64,000 nt of DNA from the NCBI GenBank assembly GCA_018817025.1, contig JAHIUU010000006.1, positions 6,831 through 70,830 on the forward strand, written 5' to 3'. A program made the translations under genes and the position numbers. This document shows, piece by piece, positions 30,781-40,724 of this stretch (position 1 is its first letter; each line of letters begins with the position of its first letter). Source of the DNA: Candidatus Babelota bacterium. GTDB taxonomy: Bacteria; Babelota; Babeliae; Babelales; JAHIUU01. Below the pieces are notes generated by a model, which had not been told where the DNA came from, ran no database searches, and saw only the letters and a list, made by a program, of their open reading frames with translations.

Positions 30781-31410
30781 TCAACCACCAACTAAAGCGC
30801 CACCAAATAACCGCGTAGCAACTTCGTCTTTACCCACTCTCTTGATACCTTCGATCTTGTCCACCCGACGTAAAAAAACGGTAAATTTCGCGTATTTGTC
30901 GCCTCGCTTGAACTTATAGCCAAGCGACACGCGTTGGTCAACATAGAGATCTTCGTATGATTCTTTGCCCGCAGAGTCTATCGAAGTCAACCGCACTTTT
31001 AAAAATTGTCGATACTGCTCATTTTTTTTACGTTCCTCGTCTATGAAAAGCCGCGCTCCCGTCGATGGATCGCTCATCACCTCGAGTGCAACAATATCGT
31101 TGAGTCGAAATTCGGTCGTCCCGCTCTTGCCCACCGGAAACGCCTCTACAACGACACGTCCAATCGGATCACCATCTTTAAAGCAGTTGTCATCATTTGG
31201 ATTATGGAAGCAAAGCCCGTACCCATTTGCCCTATTACCTTCGTCAATAACCGTTGCAGCAAAAATGTTTCCGTCACGTCGTGCCCCCTCTTCCAGCTCA
31301 AAAAGTGGCGCTTCATCGCCAGCAACACTCCGTGAATACTCACCGCCCCCAAAATTGCTACAAAAAAAACCGACGACTAACAAGAGAAAAATATGATTAA
31401 TTCTTTTCAC
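30781..31410 (-). CDS. Hypothetical secreted protein
   Basis: The GTG at 31410 is preceded by AGGAGG at optimal spacing and gives VKRINHIFLLLVVGFFCS... (signal peptide). The track start at 31446 is an upstream GTG. No family call. Confidence 0.4.
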   Translation of the reverse strand: MKRINHIFLLLVVGFFCSNFGGGEYSRSVAGDEAPLFELEEGARRDGNIFAATVIDEGNRANGYGLCFHNPNDDNCFKDGDPIGRVVVEAFPVGKSGTTEFRLNDIVALEVMSDPSTGARLFIDEERKKNEQYRQFLKVRLTSIDSAGKESYEDLYVDQRVSLGYKFKRGDKYAKFTVFLRRVDKIEGIKRVGKDEVATRLFGGALVGG

Positions 31411-31494
31411 GACCACCCTCCTGCCGTAACAAAAAAACAAACGCACTTGCTACCAAAGGTAACAAAACAAACAAAGCCTATACAAGAAAAACCG

Positions 31495-31779
31495 CTAGAT
31501 ACTTTTTTGCAACTCAATCCCAAGCTTCAGAAAAAACTGCTCCAAAGTAAGATCGACATCAAATTTAAGTCGTTTTTTTCGTGTTGTTGCACCGGTCAAA
31601 ATCGTTATTTCACGCTTAGAGATCCCAAGCCTCTTGCTCAAAAAACCAACGAGCTCATAATTCGCCTTTCCCTTCTCGGGAGCACTTTTTAGATAGCACT
31701 TTATAGCACCTGACTTATCGACAGAACAACGCTGCCTGCCAGAAGATGGAACCACTTTAATCTCTACAATAAGTGACAT
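31495..31779 (-). CDS. YggU/DUF167 family protein
   Basis: 94 aa. ...VKVVPSSGRQ...KGKANYELVGFLSKRLGISKREITILTGATTRKKRL matches the UPF0235 (YggU) pattern. Confidence 0.7.
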   Translation of the reverse strand: MSLIVEIKVVPSSGRQRCSVDKSGAIKCYLKSAPEKGKANYELVGFLSKRLGISKREITILTGATTRKKRLKFDVDLTLEQFFLKLGIELQKSI

Positions 31780-31856
31780 AGTTTCACCATTTATTTTTTA
31801 CGAGACAATCGACTTCGAATCAATTATAATGGAAAACATATCTTTGATAAACTTAG

Positions 31857-31933
31857 GCGCCCGTAGCTCAATTGGATAGAGCGTCAGACTACGGATCTGG
31901 AGGTTAGAGGTTCGACTCCTCTCGGGCGCACCA
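31857..31933 (+). tRNA. tRNA-Arg (anticodon ACG), CCA encoded
   Basis: Acceptor GCGCCCG/CGGGCGC, anticodon arm TCAGA-CTACGGA-TCTGG, T arm AGAGG-TTCGACT-CCTCT, A plus CCA. Confidence 0.9.
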
Positions 31934-31937
31934 GAAT

Positions 31938-32029
31938 GGAGAGGTGGCAGAGAGGTCGAATGCGGCGGTCTTGAAAACCGTTATTCCGGGAGACCGGAAT
32001 CGTGGGTTCGAATCCCACCCTCTCCACCA
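31938..32029 (+). tRNA. tRNA-Ser (anticodon TGA), long variable arm, CCA encoded
   Basis: Acceptor GGAGAGG/CCTCTCC, anticodon arm GCGGT-CTTGAAA-ACCGT, long extra arm, T arm GTGGG-TTCGAAT-CCCAC. Confidence 0.9.
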
Positions 32030-32048
32030 GAAGCTTACTTGAGAGACA

Positions 32049-32140
32049 GGAGAGATGGCTGAGTGGTCGAAAGCGCTTGCCTGCTAAGCAAGTATTCCGG
32101 GAAACTGGAATCGAGGGTTCGAATCCCTCTCTCTCCGCCA
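32049..32140 (+). tRNA. tRNA-Ser (anticodon GCT), long variable arm, CCA encoded
   Basis: Acceptor GGAGAGA/TCTCTCC, anticodon arm CTTGC-CTGCTAA-GCAAG, long extra arm, T arm GAGGG-TTCGAAT-CCCTC, G plus CCA. Confidence 0.9.
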
Positions 32141-32168
32141 GAATATTAAAGTTCTTTTAGGCCAGTAT

Positions 32169-33350
32169 ATGCACCAGTATCACTGGAGAGGCATCGACTC
32201 TCAGGGTGCCTTTCACAAGGGCAGAATACGCCTCGAGTCGTCAGAAAAACTTCAAACTCATCTTTTGGAAAAAGAAATAGCTCTTCTTTCGTTTAGAAAA
32301 AAAAGTGCCAAAAGAATATTTCTACAAAAAACACAAACCAGTCCGCCTGACCTCTTTTACCACCTCAGCATCCTACTAGAAGGTGGAATACCTCTTGTAC
32401 AGGCACTCCAGCTAACCCAAAACTATACCGGCTCATCAAGACAACAAAACGAAGTCGAATCGACTATACGGGCGATTGAGCGAGGGAGCAGCTTCGCCGA
32501 TGCTATGGCTAGCCGCATGCCCTTTTTCTCGTCGCTCATGATTCAGATTATACGATCGGGCGAGCGGGCAAATAAGCTAACCGAGAGTTGCAAGACTCTT
32601 TCCATTTACCTAACAAGAAAACAAGAAACAATAAGAAATTTAAAACAAGCAGCGCTACTCCCAGCGATCACTCTTATGTTTTCTATCGCTATCATCATAT
32701 CACTCTTTTTATTCGTAATACCACAATTTCAGCCCATGCTCATAGAGCGATCCAACACACTCCCCCCCAGCACCAGGCTCATTTTTTCAATAAGCCAGAC
32801 TCTACGATCGGAACAATCCAAGTTCATCATTATTTTTGGACTCATAGTAATTCTTGGTACCACCAGGTTTTCTCGAAACAAAATAATGTTTCCCACACGC
32901 CTCATCCTACGACTTCCTTTGGTTGGGAGACTCGTCGTTCTGGTAAATCTCACCCAGTTCGCTCAAACGCTTTCGCTTTTGCTCAAGTCTGGCGTACCCC
33001 TGATTGAATCACTTCATCTTGCAGGCGACTGCTGCACCAACCAACACTTGCGCGGACTTGTGAAAAAAATCAATGTCCATGTCGAAGCGGGAAGTTCTTT
33101 ACACCTGGCCTGCTTATCAGTTGATACCCATTACTTTCCGGCAAGCCTACTTGCCGCTATAAAAGTTGGGGAACAAACAGGAAAACTTGAGTCTATGCTC
33201 GATAAGGGCGCCCAACTTCTTGAAACACAACTCCAAAGCCATCTTCAAACAATCATCTCTATGGCCCAGCCGATTTTACTCATTATAACCGGACTCATCA
33301 TTTCATTTCTTCTTCTCTCCATCTACCTGCCCCTTTTCAACTTTTCTTGA
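32169..33350 (+). CDS. pilC: Type II secretion / type IV pilus platform protein (GspF/PilC family)
   Basis: 393 aa with two repeats of the T2SS-F domain (…LSILLEGGIPLVQALQL…FFSSLMIQIIRSGERANKL… and …LSLLLKSGVPLIESLHL…ASLLAAIKVGEQTGKL…). It has 3 TM segments. No PilB/PilT ATPase is adjacent. Confidence 0.8.
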   Translation: MHQYHWRGIDSQGAFHKGRIRLESSEKLQTHLLEKEIALLSFRKKSAKRIFLQKTQTSPPDLFYHLSILLEGGIPLVQALQLTQNYTGSSRQQNEVESTIRAIERGSSFADAMASRMPFFSSLMIQIIRSGERANKLTESCKTLSIYLTRKQETIRNLKQAALLPAITLMFSIAIIISLFLFVIPQFQPMLIERSNTLPPSTRLIFSISQTLRSEQSKFIIIFGLIVILGTTRFSRNKIMFPTRLILRLPLVGRLVVLVNLTQFAQTLSLLLKSGVPLIESLHLAGDCCTNQHLRGLVKKINVHVEAGSSLHLACLSVDTHYFPASLLAAIKVGEQTGKLESMLDKGAQLLETQLQSHLQTIISMAQPILLIITGLIISFLLLSIYLPLFNFS

Positions 33351-33406
33351 CCTTATTCCTCCGTTTGATAGCATGAATGATGTGTTTAAATTGAGAATAT
33401 CGCATT

Positions 33407-33493
33407 GCCGAAGTGGCGAAACTGGTAGACGCACGGGACTCAAAATCCCGCGGTGGAAACACTGTGTCGGTTCGAATCCGACCTTCGGCACCA
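33407..33493 (+). tRNA. tRNA-Leu (anticodon CAA), CCA encoded
   Basis: Acceptor GCCGAAG/CTTCGGC, anticodon arm CGGGA-CTCAAAA-TCCCG, long extra arm, T arm GTCGG-TTCGAAT-CCGAC, A plus CCA. Confidence 0.9.
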
Positions 33494-33508
33494 TCTTGAG
33501 TTTTTATC

Positions 33509-33862
33509 ATGTCCACGTGTCTGTTTTGTAAAATTATAGAAAAAGAAATTCCAAGTGATTTTGTTGCCGAAAACGAGCACGTTATCGTCATTAAAGATAT
33601 TCAACCAAAAGCTCCAATTCACTACCTAATTATCCCAAAAATCCATGTGCCAACTATCAACGATATTCTGGATACCCACGAGCACACTATTGCTATTCAG
33701 GCAATGTGGGGCATGCTTCGAAACCTCGCAAAAAATCTTCCTGAGCCACAAGCTTTCAATCTCATCGTCAACAATGGCGCCGCATCTGGACAGCGCGTTT
33801 TTCACATGCATTGGCATTTTATATCAGGAAAAAACATTTACTCTTCTGGAATCAAACTGTGA
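33509..33862 (+). CDS. HIT-family (HinT-like) nucleotide hydrolase
   Basis: N-terminal CLFCKIIEKEIPS and the histidine triad VFHMHWHF are present. Confidence 0.85.
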   Translation: MSTCLFCKIIEKEIPSDFVAENEHVIVIKDIQPKAPIHYLIIPKIHVPTINDILDTHEHTIAIQAMWGMLRNLAKNLPEPQAFNLIVNNGAASGQRVFHMHWHFISGKNIYSSGIKL

Positions 33863-34803
33863 GTAAAAACAGGAGAAGCCTTTCTTTTTTCAGACTATTT
33901 GTCATCGCTTCCAGCATAACTCTTGTTATCGCCTACCTATCACTTCACAAGTTGATATTTATCAGCAAAAACATCATGATGGGAAAAGAAAACATGTATG
34001 TCGTCGCCAAACGCGTACGGCAGGACCTGATAGATCGTCTCGGCGCAAAATCGTTTACATGTAAGACAAAAGACAAAATTTCTCTGAACGGTTTAGTCAT
34101 CAAACGCAAAAATCCTGTTGCAACGGTGCTCATCTGTCATGGCTATCGATGCTGCAAAGAACTTGGGGCCGGCTATATCGACATGTTTCCAAATTACAAC
34201 ATCGTGTTATTTGACTTCAGGGCACATGGCGAAAATAAAAAAAGCATCACAACAATAGGGTGTCACGAGCACAAAGATATAGAAACGGTTTCCAGTTGGC
34301 TCAGGGAGCATGAACCTGAGCTGTATACCGTTCCATTTGTTATCCTTGGAGTCTCAATGGGCGGCGCAGCCGCCCTTAGAGCCGTTGAACATAATTCAAA
34401 TGCGTGCGACGCTCTCATCATCGATTCATCATTTTCAAGCCTAAAATCTGTCTTGTACAATACCTTCGCAACAAAATCAGGACTTCCAACTTTTCCATTT
34501 TTGCCTATCATGGAAAAAATGTTCAACTACCTCGGCTCATGCAACCTCGATGCAATGAAACCTCTCGAATCAGTAAAAAAAATCAAGCAGCCACTTTTGC
34601 TCATACATTCTTGTATCGACAAGGTTGTTCCGGTGCAAGAATCGCTACTTATGTATGCACAGGCAGCAAAAACCGGAGCAAAACTGTGGATAGCCCCAGA
34701 ATGCAAACATGGCTGGCTTCACAGGAAGTATCCTGATTTGTACAAAAAGAAAGTAAGCAAGTTTTTGTCAAAACGATTGTCTAACAAACAATTTGAAAAC
34801 TAA
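33859..34803 (+). CDS. Membrane-anchored alpha/beta hydrolase
   Basis: Nucleophile elbow GVSMGGAAAL, HG oxyanion motif LICHGY and a C-terminal ...CKHGW His are present. An N-terminal TM is present. I prefer the GTG at 33859, which overlaps the HIT stop (GTGA), over the ATG at 33811, which overlaps the HIT gene by 52 nt. Confidence 0.65.
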   Translation: MSKNRRSLSFFRLFVIASSITLVIAYLSLHKLIFISKNIMMGKENMYVVAKRVRQDLIDRLGAKSFTCKTKDKISLNGLVIKRKNPVATVLICHGYRCCKELGAGYIDMFPNYNIVLFDFRAHGENKKSITTIGCHEHKDIETVSSWLREHEPELYTVPFVILGVSMGGAAALRAVEHNSNACDALIIDSSFSSLKSVLYNTFATKSGLPTFPFLPIMEKMFNYLGSCNLDAMKPLESVKKIKQPLLLIHSCIDKVVPVQESLLMYAQAAKTGAKLWIAPECKHGWLHRKYPDLYKKKVSKFLSKRLSNKQFEN

Positions 34804-35501
34804 CGCGGCTGATTATTCTCCATCATTGCCCGAGCCTCATTCTCAGAACGAGCTTTGGCACGTTCATTCTCTTGTTGAACACGGTCCAAAAGCGCCTTAA
34901 GTCTATCCGAAACAAACCCCATCCGATTAATGTACTCATTCAAAACTAGCGATGTGTATCGTGTTGCTTTTTTTCGTCGCCCTCTTACCGATAAAGCCGC
35001 ACGATTACTCTGAAAGGCGGAATCACTATCAACCGAATAGCGGCACTTCCCTTTTGAACAAACGTAACGAACCCCGTCTGATCCATGAGCCATTTCAACC
35101 CCAGAAATGTGTCTGGTAAATCGGCTCTTCTCCTCCTTTAACTTCTGAACAAGTTTCGAAGACTTTTCAAATAACTCCATTATACCATCAAGTTGTCCAA
35201 TCTGATCTGTAGCAATATCGACTTTGCCAACACGAAACTCCGATTCAATCGAACGACACTGCTCAATTAGATTCATCATTTTAGCATAAGGATAGATTTG
35301 CTTTTTCCCAGAGCCATCCTCTGAAGACAACCCAATCTCAGTTACCATTCCATTAAGATTTTGAACAACAGAATCAACAGAATGCTCGTCATACTTTTGC
35401 TCGTTCTGCATACTCGGACAATGCAACAAAGCGATCAAAAGGCCATAGATTATAAGCGTCTTGATATAAAACAGGAAATTTGACTTGCCTAGTTTCTTCA
35501 T
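34800..35501 (-). CDS. Hypothetical secreted protein
   Basis: 233-aa ORF with an N-terminal hydrophobic segment (FLFYIKTLIIYGLLIALLHC). No recognisable domain. The 3' end overlaps the hydrolase stop by 4 nt. Confidence 0.35.
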   Translation of the reverse strand: MKKLGKSNFLFYIKTLIIYGLLIALLHCPSMQNEQKYDEHSVDSVVQNLNGMVTEIGLSSEDGSGKKQIYPYAKMMNLIEQCRSIESEFRVGKVDIATDQIGQLDGIMELFEKSSKLVQKLKEEKSRFTRHISGVEMAHGSDGVRYVCSKGKCRYSVDSDSAFQSNRAALSVRGRRKKATRYTSLVLNEYINRMGFVSDRLKALLDRVQQENERAKARSENEARAMMENNQPR

Positions 35502-35712
35502 TCAAACCACCAAAGGTATTGATTCCTAAACGCTCAAAGTAACATTTTACCACATTTCTGTGTATACTCAACCAGCCTCATTTCTAATTGTAAATTATTT
35601 CCACCTATTTACACAAGAATTTAACCCATTTCTACAGGCAGTTGCCTCATTGTAGAGGAAAAGGTAATCTTTTTAAATAAACTGGGCAAGAAACCATACC
35701 ATTGGGGTTTTT

Positions 35713-37329
35713 ATGAGTATATTTAACCTGACCTTAAGCGTTGTTCTGACGATGTTTTCGTCAGTCGTTCTGTCATATATATCCATGGCGACCATGATTG
35801 GCCCATGGATCGCCCCTACTCTCGTTCTAATCGCAGGTTTAGCTCTCAGGCTAAAGAAAAAAAGCATTTCGTCGCAAAAACAAAATCAGGAGATAGCACT
35901 TATCCAAACTGTCGGCTCAATTGGAGGTATCATTGCGACAGCAGTAGGTTTTACGCTTCCTACCCTATACTTCCTAGACAAGCCAGCATTTGAACAATTG
36001 CTCGAAAATCCAGCCACATTCTGCATATTAATTGGTGCTATTGTTCTCGGTTCTGGCAGCCTTGGTATACTTCTCGGCCGAGCGTTCGGCCGCAAGTTAC
36101 TCGTGAAAGAAAATCTTCCCTTCCCAATTGGTCACCTAATCCACAAAACAATCACTTCACAAAGCCAGACAAGCCAAGCAAAACGAATGCTTACAGGGTT
36201 CTCAATAACAGGGCTCTTTTGTGCGTTACGGGACAGCCTCAGCCTTCCATCACTCATTCCAGCAGGGTTCCCTATAACACTGATGCCCATGCTCTGGGCG
36301 ATAGGTTTTATTGCCGGAACCGCTATCGCTTACCCCCTTCTTGTCGGTATGATTTCCAAATATCTTGTCCTATATCCAATCAACAACCACGCTTCCTATC
36401 TCCCTATAAAACTGTTTCCTGTCCTCGATAAAGCCCTCTTCTCAATGGCTTTCTGCTCTGGACTGATACTCGCCCAGGTTTTGCCGGGCCTCCTTAGGTA
36501 TCCGTCAATCATCTGGGGCAGCATCAAACAATACTCAGGCTACACCTACCTCCACCGATTTCGCTCTGGAAAAAGCTTTATAAGAAAACTAATGGCAGGC
36601 GCCCCTAAACTCCTGACCAATCTCGAAGCAATTTTTGCACTCGCTATCACCGCTGCACTTTTTACCTACCTAAAATTCCCTCTATCAATAATCTTTGTCA
36701 TGATCCCTCTCACCGTAGTCTCCGCCTACCACATAAGCTATATCGCAGGTAAAATAGGTCTTGCTCAAATTGGCCGCTTTACGACATTCGTCATGATCCC
36801 AATCATGCTACTCTTCAAATTAACCCCTCTTCAAATCACCGTTCTCTGTGTTTTCGTTAGTAGCTGCATCACCGTATCAACCGACCTCCTAATTGATTAC
36901 AAAGTTGGGGAACTCTGCAATATTAATCTCGAACGAATCAGACGATATCAGTGGTTAGGGTTAATCGTCACCGCAGCCTGCCTCGGCTATTTCCTGTGGA
37001 TCCTGCTCACAAACCTTCAAGTAGGTTCGACAGAACTATTTGCTCAAAGAGGAAAAGCTAGAGCTCTCCTCATCCAATCATTTAATTTTAATTGGGTCGT
37101 CGTAAGCCTTGGCTTTTTATATGGACTTATTCTAAAAAAATTGAAAATCAACCCCACCATGGTTTTTGGCGGAATTCTCATGCCAAATGGCTTAACAATT
37201 GGTCTTGTTTTCGGCGCGACGCTCTCGCTTTTTGTAAAAAACAAAGAGAACTATATGCCATTTTGCTCGGGTATCTTTGCCAGTGAATCTCTCTGGATGA
37301 TCATACGAATAGCAGCAGGAATTATCTAA
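35713..37329 (+). CDS. Polytopic membrane transporter, OPT (oligopeptide transporter) superfamily-like
   Basis: 538 aa with about 14 predicted hydrophobic segments. The size and N-terminal pattern resemble bacterial OPT-family proteins. This call is from memory of the family only. Confidence 0.45.
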   Translation: MSIFNLTLSVVLTMFSSVVLSYISMATMIGPWIAPTLVLIAGLALRLKKKSISSQKQNQEIALIQTVGSIGGIIATAVGFTLPTLYFLDKPAFEQLLENPATFCILIGAIVLGSGSLGILLGRAFGRKLLVKENLPFPIGHLIHKTITSQSQTSQAKRMLTGFSITGLFCALRDSLSLPSLIPAGFPITLMPMLWAIGFIAGTAIAYPLLVGMISKYLVLYPINNHASYLPIKLFPVLDKALFSMAFCSGLILAQVLPGLLRYPSIIWGSIKQYSGYTYLHRFRSGKSFIRKLMAGAPKLLTNLEAIFALAITAALFTYLKFPLSIIFVMIPLTVVSAYHISYIAGKIGLAQIGRFTTFVMIPIMLLFKLTPLQITVLCVFVSSCITVSTDLLIDYKVGELCNINLERIRRYQWLGLIVTAACLGYFLWILLTNLQVGSTELFAQRGKARALLIQSFNFNWVVVSLGFLYGLILKKLKINPTMVFGGILMPNGLTIGLVFGATLSLFVKNKENYMPFCSGIFASESLWMIIRIAAGII

Positions 37330-39684
37330 CTATTTTTTGTATCCACATTCTTTATCTGGACACGAGTAACTCTCGCTCTCATCCTTGCCTTTGGTGACTA
37401 GCAGGTACGGCGATTTACACTTTGGACAAGGCTCTTCTAGAACCTGGCCAAAAATAGCAAACCGACACTTTGGATAGCCTGAACAACCCCAAAAACTACC
37501 GCCTCGCCACTTTCGTTTTACCAGCTTACCTTGACACTTCGGACAAACCATCTTGAGCACTTCTTGGTGGATGTATTTACACTCCGGATAACCTGGACAG
37601 GCCCAGAACGGACCATACTTACTCATTTTCTGAGCAAGGGTCTTGCCGCAATTCGGACAGGCAAGCTCGCTACTTATCTTCGTTCCGGTTTGCTTTTGAA
37701 GAACAACCGCCCCAGATTCATCTCGGGTGAAATTTGAGGTGAATGTACATTCTGGGTATCCGGAGCAACCGGCGAACTGACCTGCTTTTCCAAACCTTAC
37801 AAGTAAATCGCTTTTGCATTTCGGACACTGCAGGCCTGTCTTGACCGCCTCTTTCTTGCCGTCTTTGCCAGCAAACTCTTTTAAATCTTTTTTGAACTCT
37901 TTATAGAACTCATTAAGCACGTTATCGCGCTCAATCTTGCCGTCCGCAATCTTATCAAGATCCTCTTCCATATGAGCCGTGAACGAAACATTGATAATAT
38001 CAGGGAGATTTTTGACAAGCAAACTGTTAACCGTTTTGCCTAGATCTGTTGGGAAGAACCGTTTTACCTTAGGATCTTTTTCGACATACTTTCGATTTTG
38101 AATAGTCGAAAGAATCGCGGCGTACGTACTTGGTCGCCCAACCCCCTTCTTTTCAAGCTCTTTAACAAGGGTTGCCTCTGAATATCGAGGTGGCGGTTGC
38201 GTAAAATGTTGTTTCCCGGCAGCTTTCTTCAGCTCAACATCATCTTTCTCTTTGATATCTTTTGGAATGTTTACAACATTCTTACTCTCTGCGTCTTCAA
38301 CTGCGTACACCTTTAAAAAGCCATCGAAAACAAGCGTCGAGCCGGTCACCCGAAAGAGATACTTTCCGCCCTTCAGAGAAACCTGTCGTTGAAAATATTC
38401 AGCCTTGCTCATCTGACAGGCCATAAAACGCTTCCAAATAAGTGAATACAGTTTTGTTGAAGCCGAATCAAGATATTTAGCCGCAACCTCTGGTGTCACC
38501 TCAACGTTAATTGGACGAATCGCCTCGTGCGCATCCTGTGCGCCCTTCTTTGAATAAACGTTAGTCACCTTTGGCAAATACTTTTCTCCGTAATTTTTGG
38601 AAATGAACGCTCGCGTCTCTTTAAGTGCCGTATCAGAAATCCGAAGTGAGTCAGTACGCATGTAGGTGATAAGTGCTTCCGGCTTGGATGGATCAGAAAG
38701 AGGAAGACCTTCATATAATTTTTGCGCAATCGTCATCGTTCGACTAACCGAAAATCCCAATTTATTATATGCGTCCTGCTGCAACGTACTGGTCATAAAT
38801 GGAGGAAGCGACGATTTAAGCCGATCTTTTTCGGAAATCTTATCAATAATAAAAGACTGTTTTTTTGCATCAGCAAGTACTTTGTCCGCCTCCCCCTTAT
38901 TTTTTAATGCGCACTTCTTCCCGTTTATGGTAACAAGTTCAGCTTCAATGTCAGTCTTTGCCATATAAAAGACACCATGAATCGACCACGACTCTTCCGG
39001 CTTAAAATTAACAATCTCTTCATCGCGGGTACAAACAAGAAGAAGGGCCACCGACTGCACTCGTCCAGCCGAAAGCCCTTTCATAATTTTTTTCCATAAG
39101 ATAGGTGATACCTCGTACCCAACCCATCGGTCTAATACTCGCCGGGCCTGCTGCGCCCGAACCAAGTTCATGTCGACGGTCGATTTATCTTGAATCGCCT
39201 GAGTAATCGCAGGTTCTGTTATCTCGTTGAATGTAATTCGATAAATCTTCGACGGATCCTTGATAACCTTCTCAATCTCTCCGCCAATGTGCCACGAAAT
39301 AATCTCACCCTCACGGTCAGGGTCAGAAGCCAGATAGACCTCCTTGGCACGACTAGCCTGTTTGCAAATATCAGCAATCACAACCGCTTTATCTTTAATC
39401 GGCACATAGGTCAATGTAATTGATTTACTTTTTGGATCAACCTCAACACCAAGCTTACGCGCAGGCAAATCTTTAATGTGTCCAAATGTCGACATAATTC
39501 GAACATCTTTACCCAAGAACTTTGATATTGTTTTGATTTTTGCAGGAGATTCTACAATGAGAAGTTTTTCCACGTCACCAGCCACCTTCTGACGAAGCGC
39601 ACCAGCCCTCCGTGTCATTCGTTTGGTTATTTTTTTGGTTGTTTTCTTCGCAACCGCCTTCTTTTTCGTTTTCTTTTCCGCCAT
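37330..39684 (-). CDS. topA: DNA topoisomerase I
   Basis: The Toprim start is LLIVESPAKIKTISKFLG, and the active-site region is ...ITYMRTDS. There are four C-terminal C4 zinc-ribbon repeats (CPKCKSDL...CSGYPEC etc.). Confidence 0.95.
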   Translation of the reverse strand: MAEKKTKKKAVAKKTTKKITKRMTRRAGALRQKVAGDVEKLLIVESPAKIKTISKFLGKDVRIMSTFGHIKDLPARKLGVEVDPKSKSITLTYVPIKDKAVVIADICKQASRAKEVYLASDPDREGEIISWHIGGEIEKVIKDPSKIYRITFNEITEPAITQAIQDKSTVDMNLVRAQQARRVLDRWVGYEVSPILWKKIMKGLSAGRVQSVALLLVCTRDEEIVNFKPEESWSIHGVFYMAKTDIEAELVTINGKKCALKNKGEADKVLADAKKQSFIIDKISEKDRLKSSLPPFMTSTLQQDAYNKLGFSVSRTMTIAQKLYEGLPLSDPSKPEALITYMRTDSLRISDTALKETRAFISKNYGEKYLPKVTNVYSKKGAQDAHEAIRPINVEVTPEVAAKYLDSASTKLYSLIWKRFMACQMSKAEYFQRQVSLKGGKYLFRVTGSTLVFDGFLKVYAVEDAESKNVVNIPKDIKEKDDVELKKAAGKQHFTQPPPRYSEATLVKELEKKGVGRPSTYAAILSTIQNRKYVEKDPKVKRFFPTDLGKTVNSLLVKNLPDIINVSFTAHMEEDLDKIADGKIERDNVLNEFYKEFKKDLKEFAGKDGKKEAVKTGLQCPKCKSDLLVRFGKAGQFAGCSGYPECTFTSNFTRDESGAVVLQKQTGTKISSELACPNCGKTLAQKMSKYGPFWACPGYPECKYIHQEVLKMVCPKCQGKLVKRKWRGGSFWGCSGYPKCRFAIFGQVLEEPCPKCKSPYLLVTKGKDESESYSCPDKECGYKK

Positions 39685-39896
39685 CCCTTTATCCCCCGAG
39701 CAAGTACCCTCGATAACTACGCGTATCTCTGTTTTTACTGATTAAAAAGTTTTTGTCAAACAGAGAGCCAAATCTTCTCCCAATCCAACTACCCCCAGTG
39801 TATGGAGATAATTTTCTAAATGTCAAGACAAGACAAATAAAGCTATGCAATTATTATTGCTAGCAACAAATATTATCTCAGGGCCAATCTTGCTGA

Positions 39897-39926
39897 TTAG
39901 ACTTTTGAGCAGGCTAGCACTATAAT
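39897..39926 (+). promoter_or_regulatory. Candidate sigma70-type promoter for the 39995 gene
   Basis: TTAGAC - 18 nt - TATAAT (perfect -10 at 39921-39926), about 70 nt upstream of the ATG at 39995. Confidence 0.3.
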
Positions 39927-39994
39927 ACACAGGTGTGCTACTGAAATTACTGTGGAGTTGGGGGCAAAACAACGAATAAAAGCAGGCGTATCTC

Positions 39995-40720
39995 ATGGTA
40001 TCAAAAAAAGAATTACAAATTTTTCTGTTTAGTTGGATTCAAACATTTAAACGATCGTTTCTTGTGTTCATCAAATATTTTTGGTGGCTCATCGCTCTTG
40101 AACTTATTCTTACATCATACACAACCATAATGCCAAAAATCCAAATCATCACCATAGCTACATCTGTGATCTCTTACTATCTTTACCTTCTATCAATACG
40201 AGCATCGGTTGAAACAAAAACACTTAGATACTTTCTTGTCAACCTAAAGAATATCACCGTGTTTATACCTCTAACTATAGCTCTAGCCTTAGCCTTAGCC
40301 TTACTAGCTTTCCCAATAATGATGCTTTTTCCCATGTATCAAGTCGCCGCCACAATCATATTTTTCTCCCTGTTTATGTTATTAGTCTATCCCGTAGTCC
40401 TGATAGCAGTGTTTTTCTTTCTTGATAGCGCCCCAAAAACCACGTGGCTTAGGCGCGTATTGAAAGCCTCCTCCAACTCTTTCAAGGGGACCACAGCAAA
40501 CTTCCCCATCGTTCTTCTCATATCATCGCTCATCATAGCATCCACACAGCTCTCGACCCTCCTATTAACGACTCTACTCTCGACTTTTCCAAGAACACTA
40601 ACTATAGCCATCACCATAGACATGATATTAATTAATTTCTCATCCATCTGCGCATTTTCAATTCTATATCTCAAGATGAAACACGAAAACCCGCAACTCT
40701 TTCACAAAAAAAACTCTTAA
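39995..40720 (+). CDS. Hypothetical polytopic membrane protein
   Basis: 241 aa with 5-6 hydrophobic segments. Contains an (AGCCTT)x3 run encoding ALALAL. No family call. Confidence 0.4.
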   Translation: MVSKKELQIFLFSWIQTFKRSFLVFIKYFWWLIALELILTSYTTIMPKIQIITIATSVISYYLYLLSIRASVETKTLRYFLVNLKNITVFIPLTIALALALALLAFPIMMLFPMYQVAATIIFFSLFMLLVYPVVLIAVFFFLDSAPKTTWLRRVLKASSNSFKGTTANFPIVLLISSLIIASTQLSTLLLTTLLSTFPRTLTIAITIDMILINFSSICAFSILYLKMKHENPQLFHKKNS

Positions 40721-40724
40721 CTAT

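Noticed and set aside
33303-33622. Three minus-strand ORFs (60-84 aa) overlapping tRNA-Leu and the HIT gene start
   Set aside because: They overlap a well-folding tRNA and a conserved HIT gene on the opposite strand, so they are spurious.
40285-40302. (AGCCTT)x3 hexanucleotide tandem repeat
   Set aside because: It encodes ALALAL inside a TM helix of the 39995 gene. It is in-frame and short, so it is likely a trivial codon-level repeat rather than a contingency locus.
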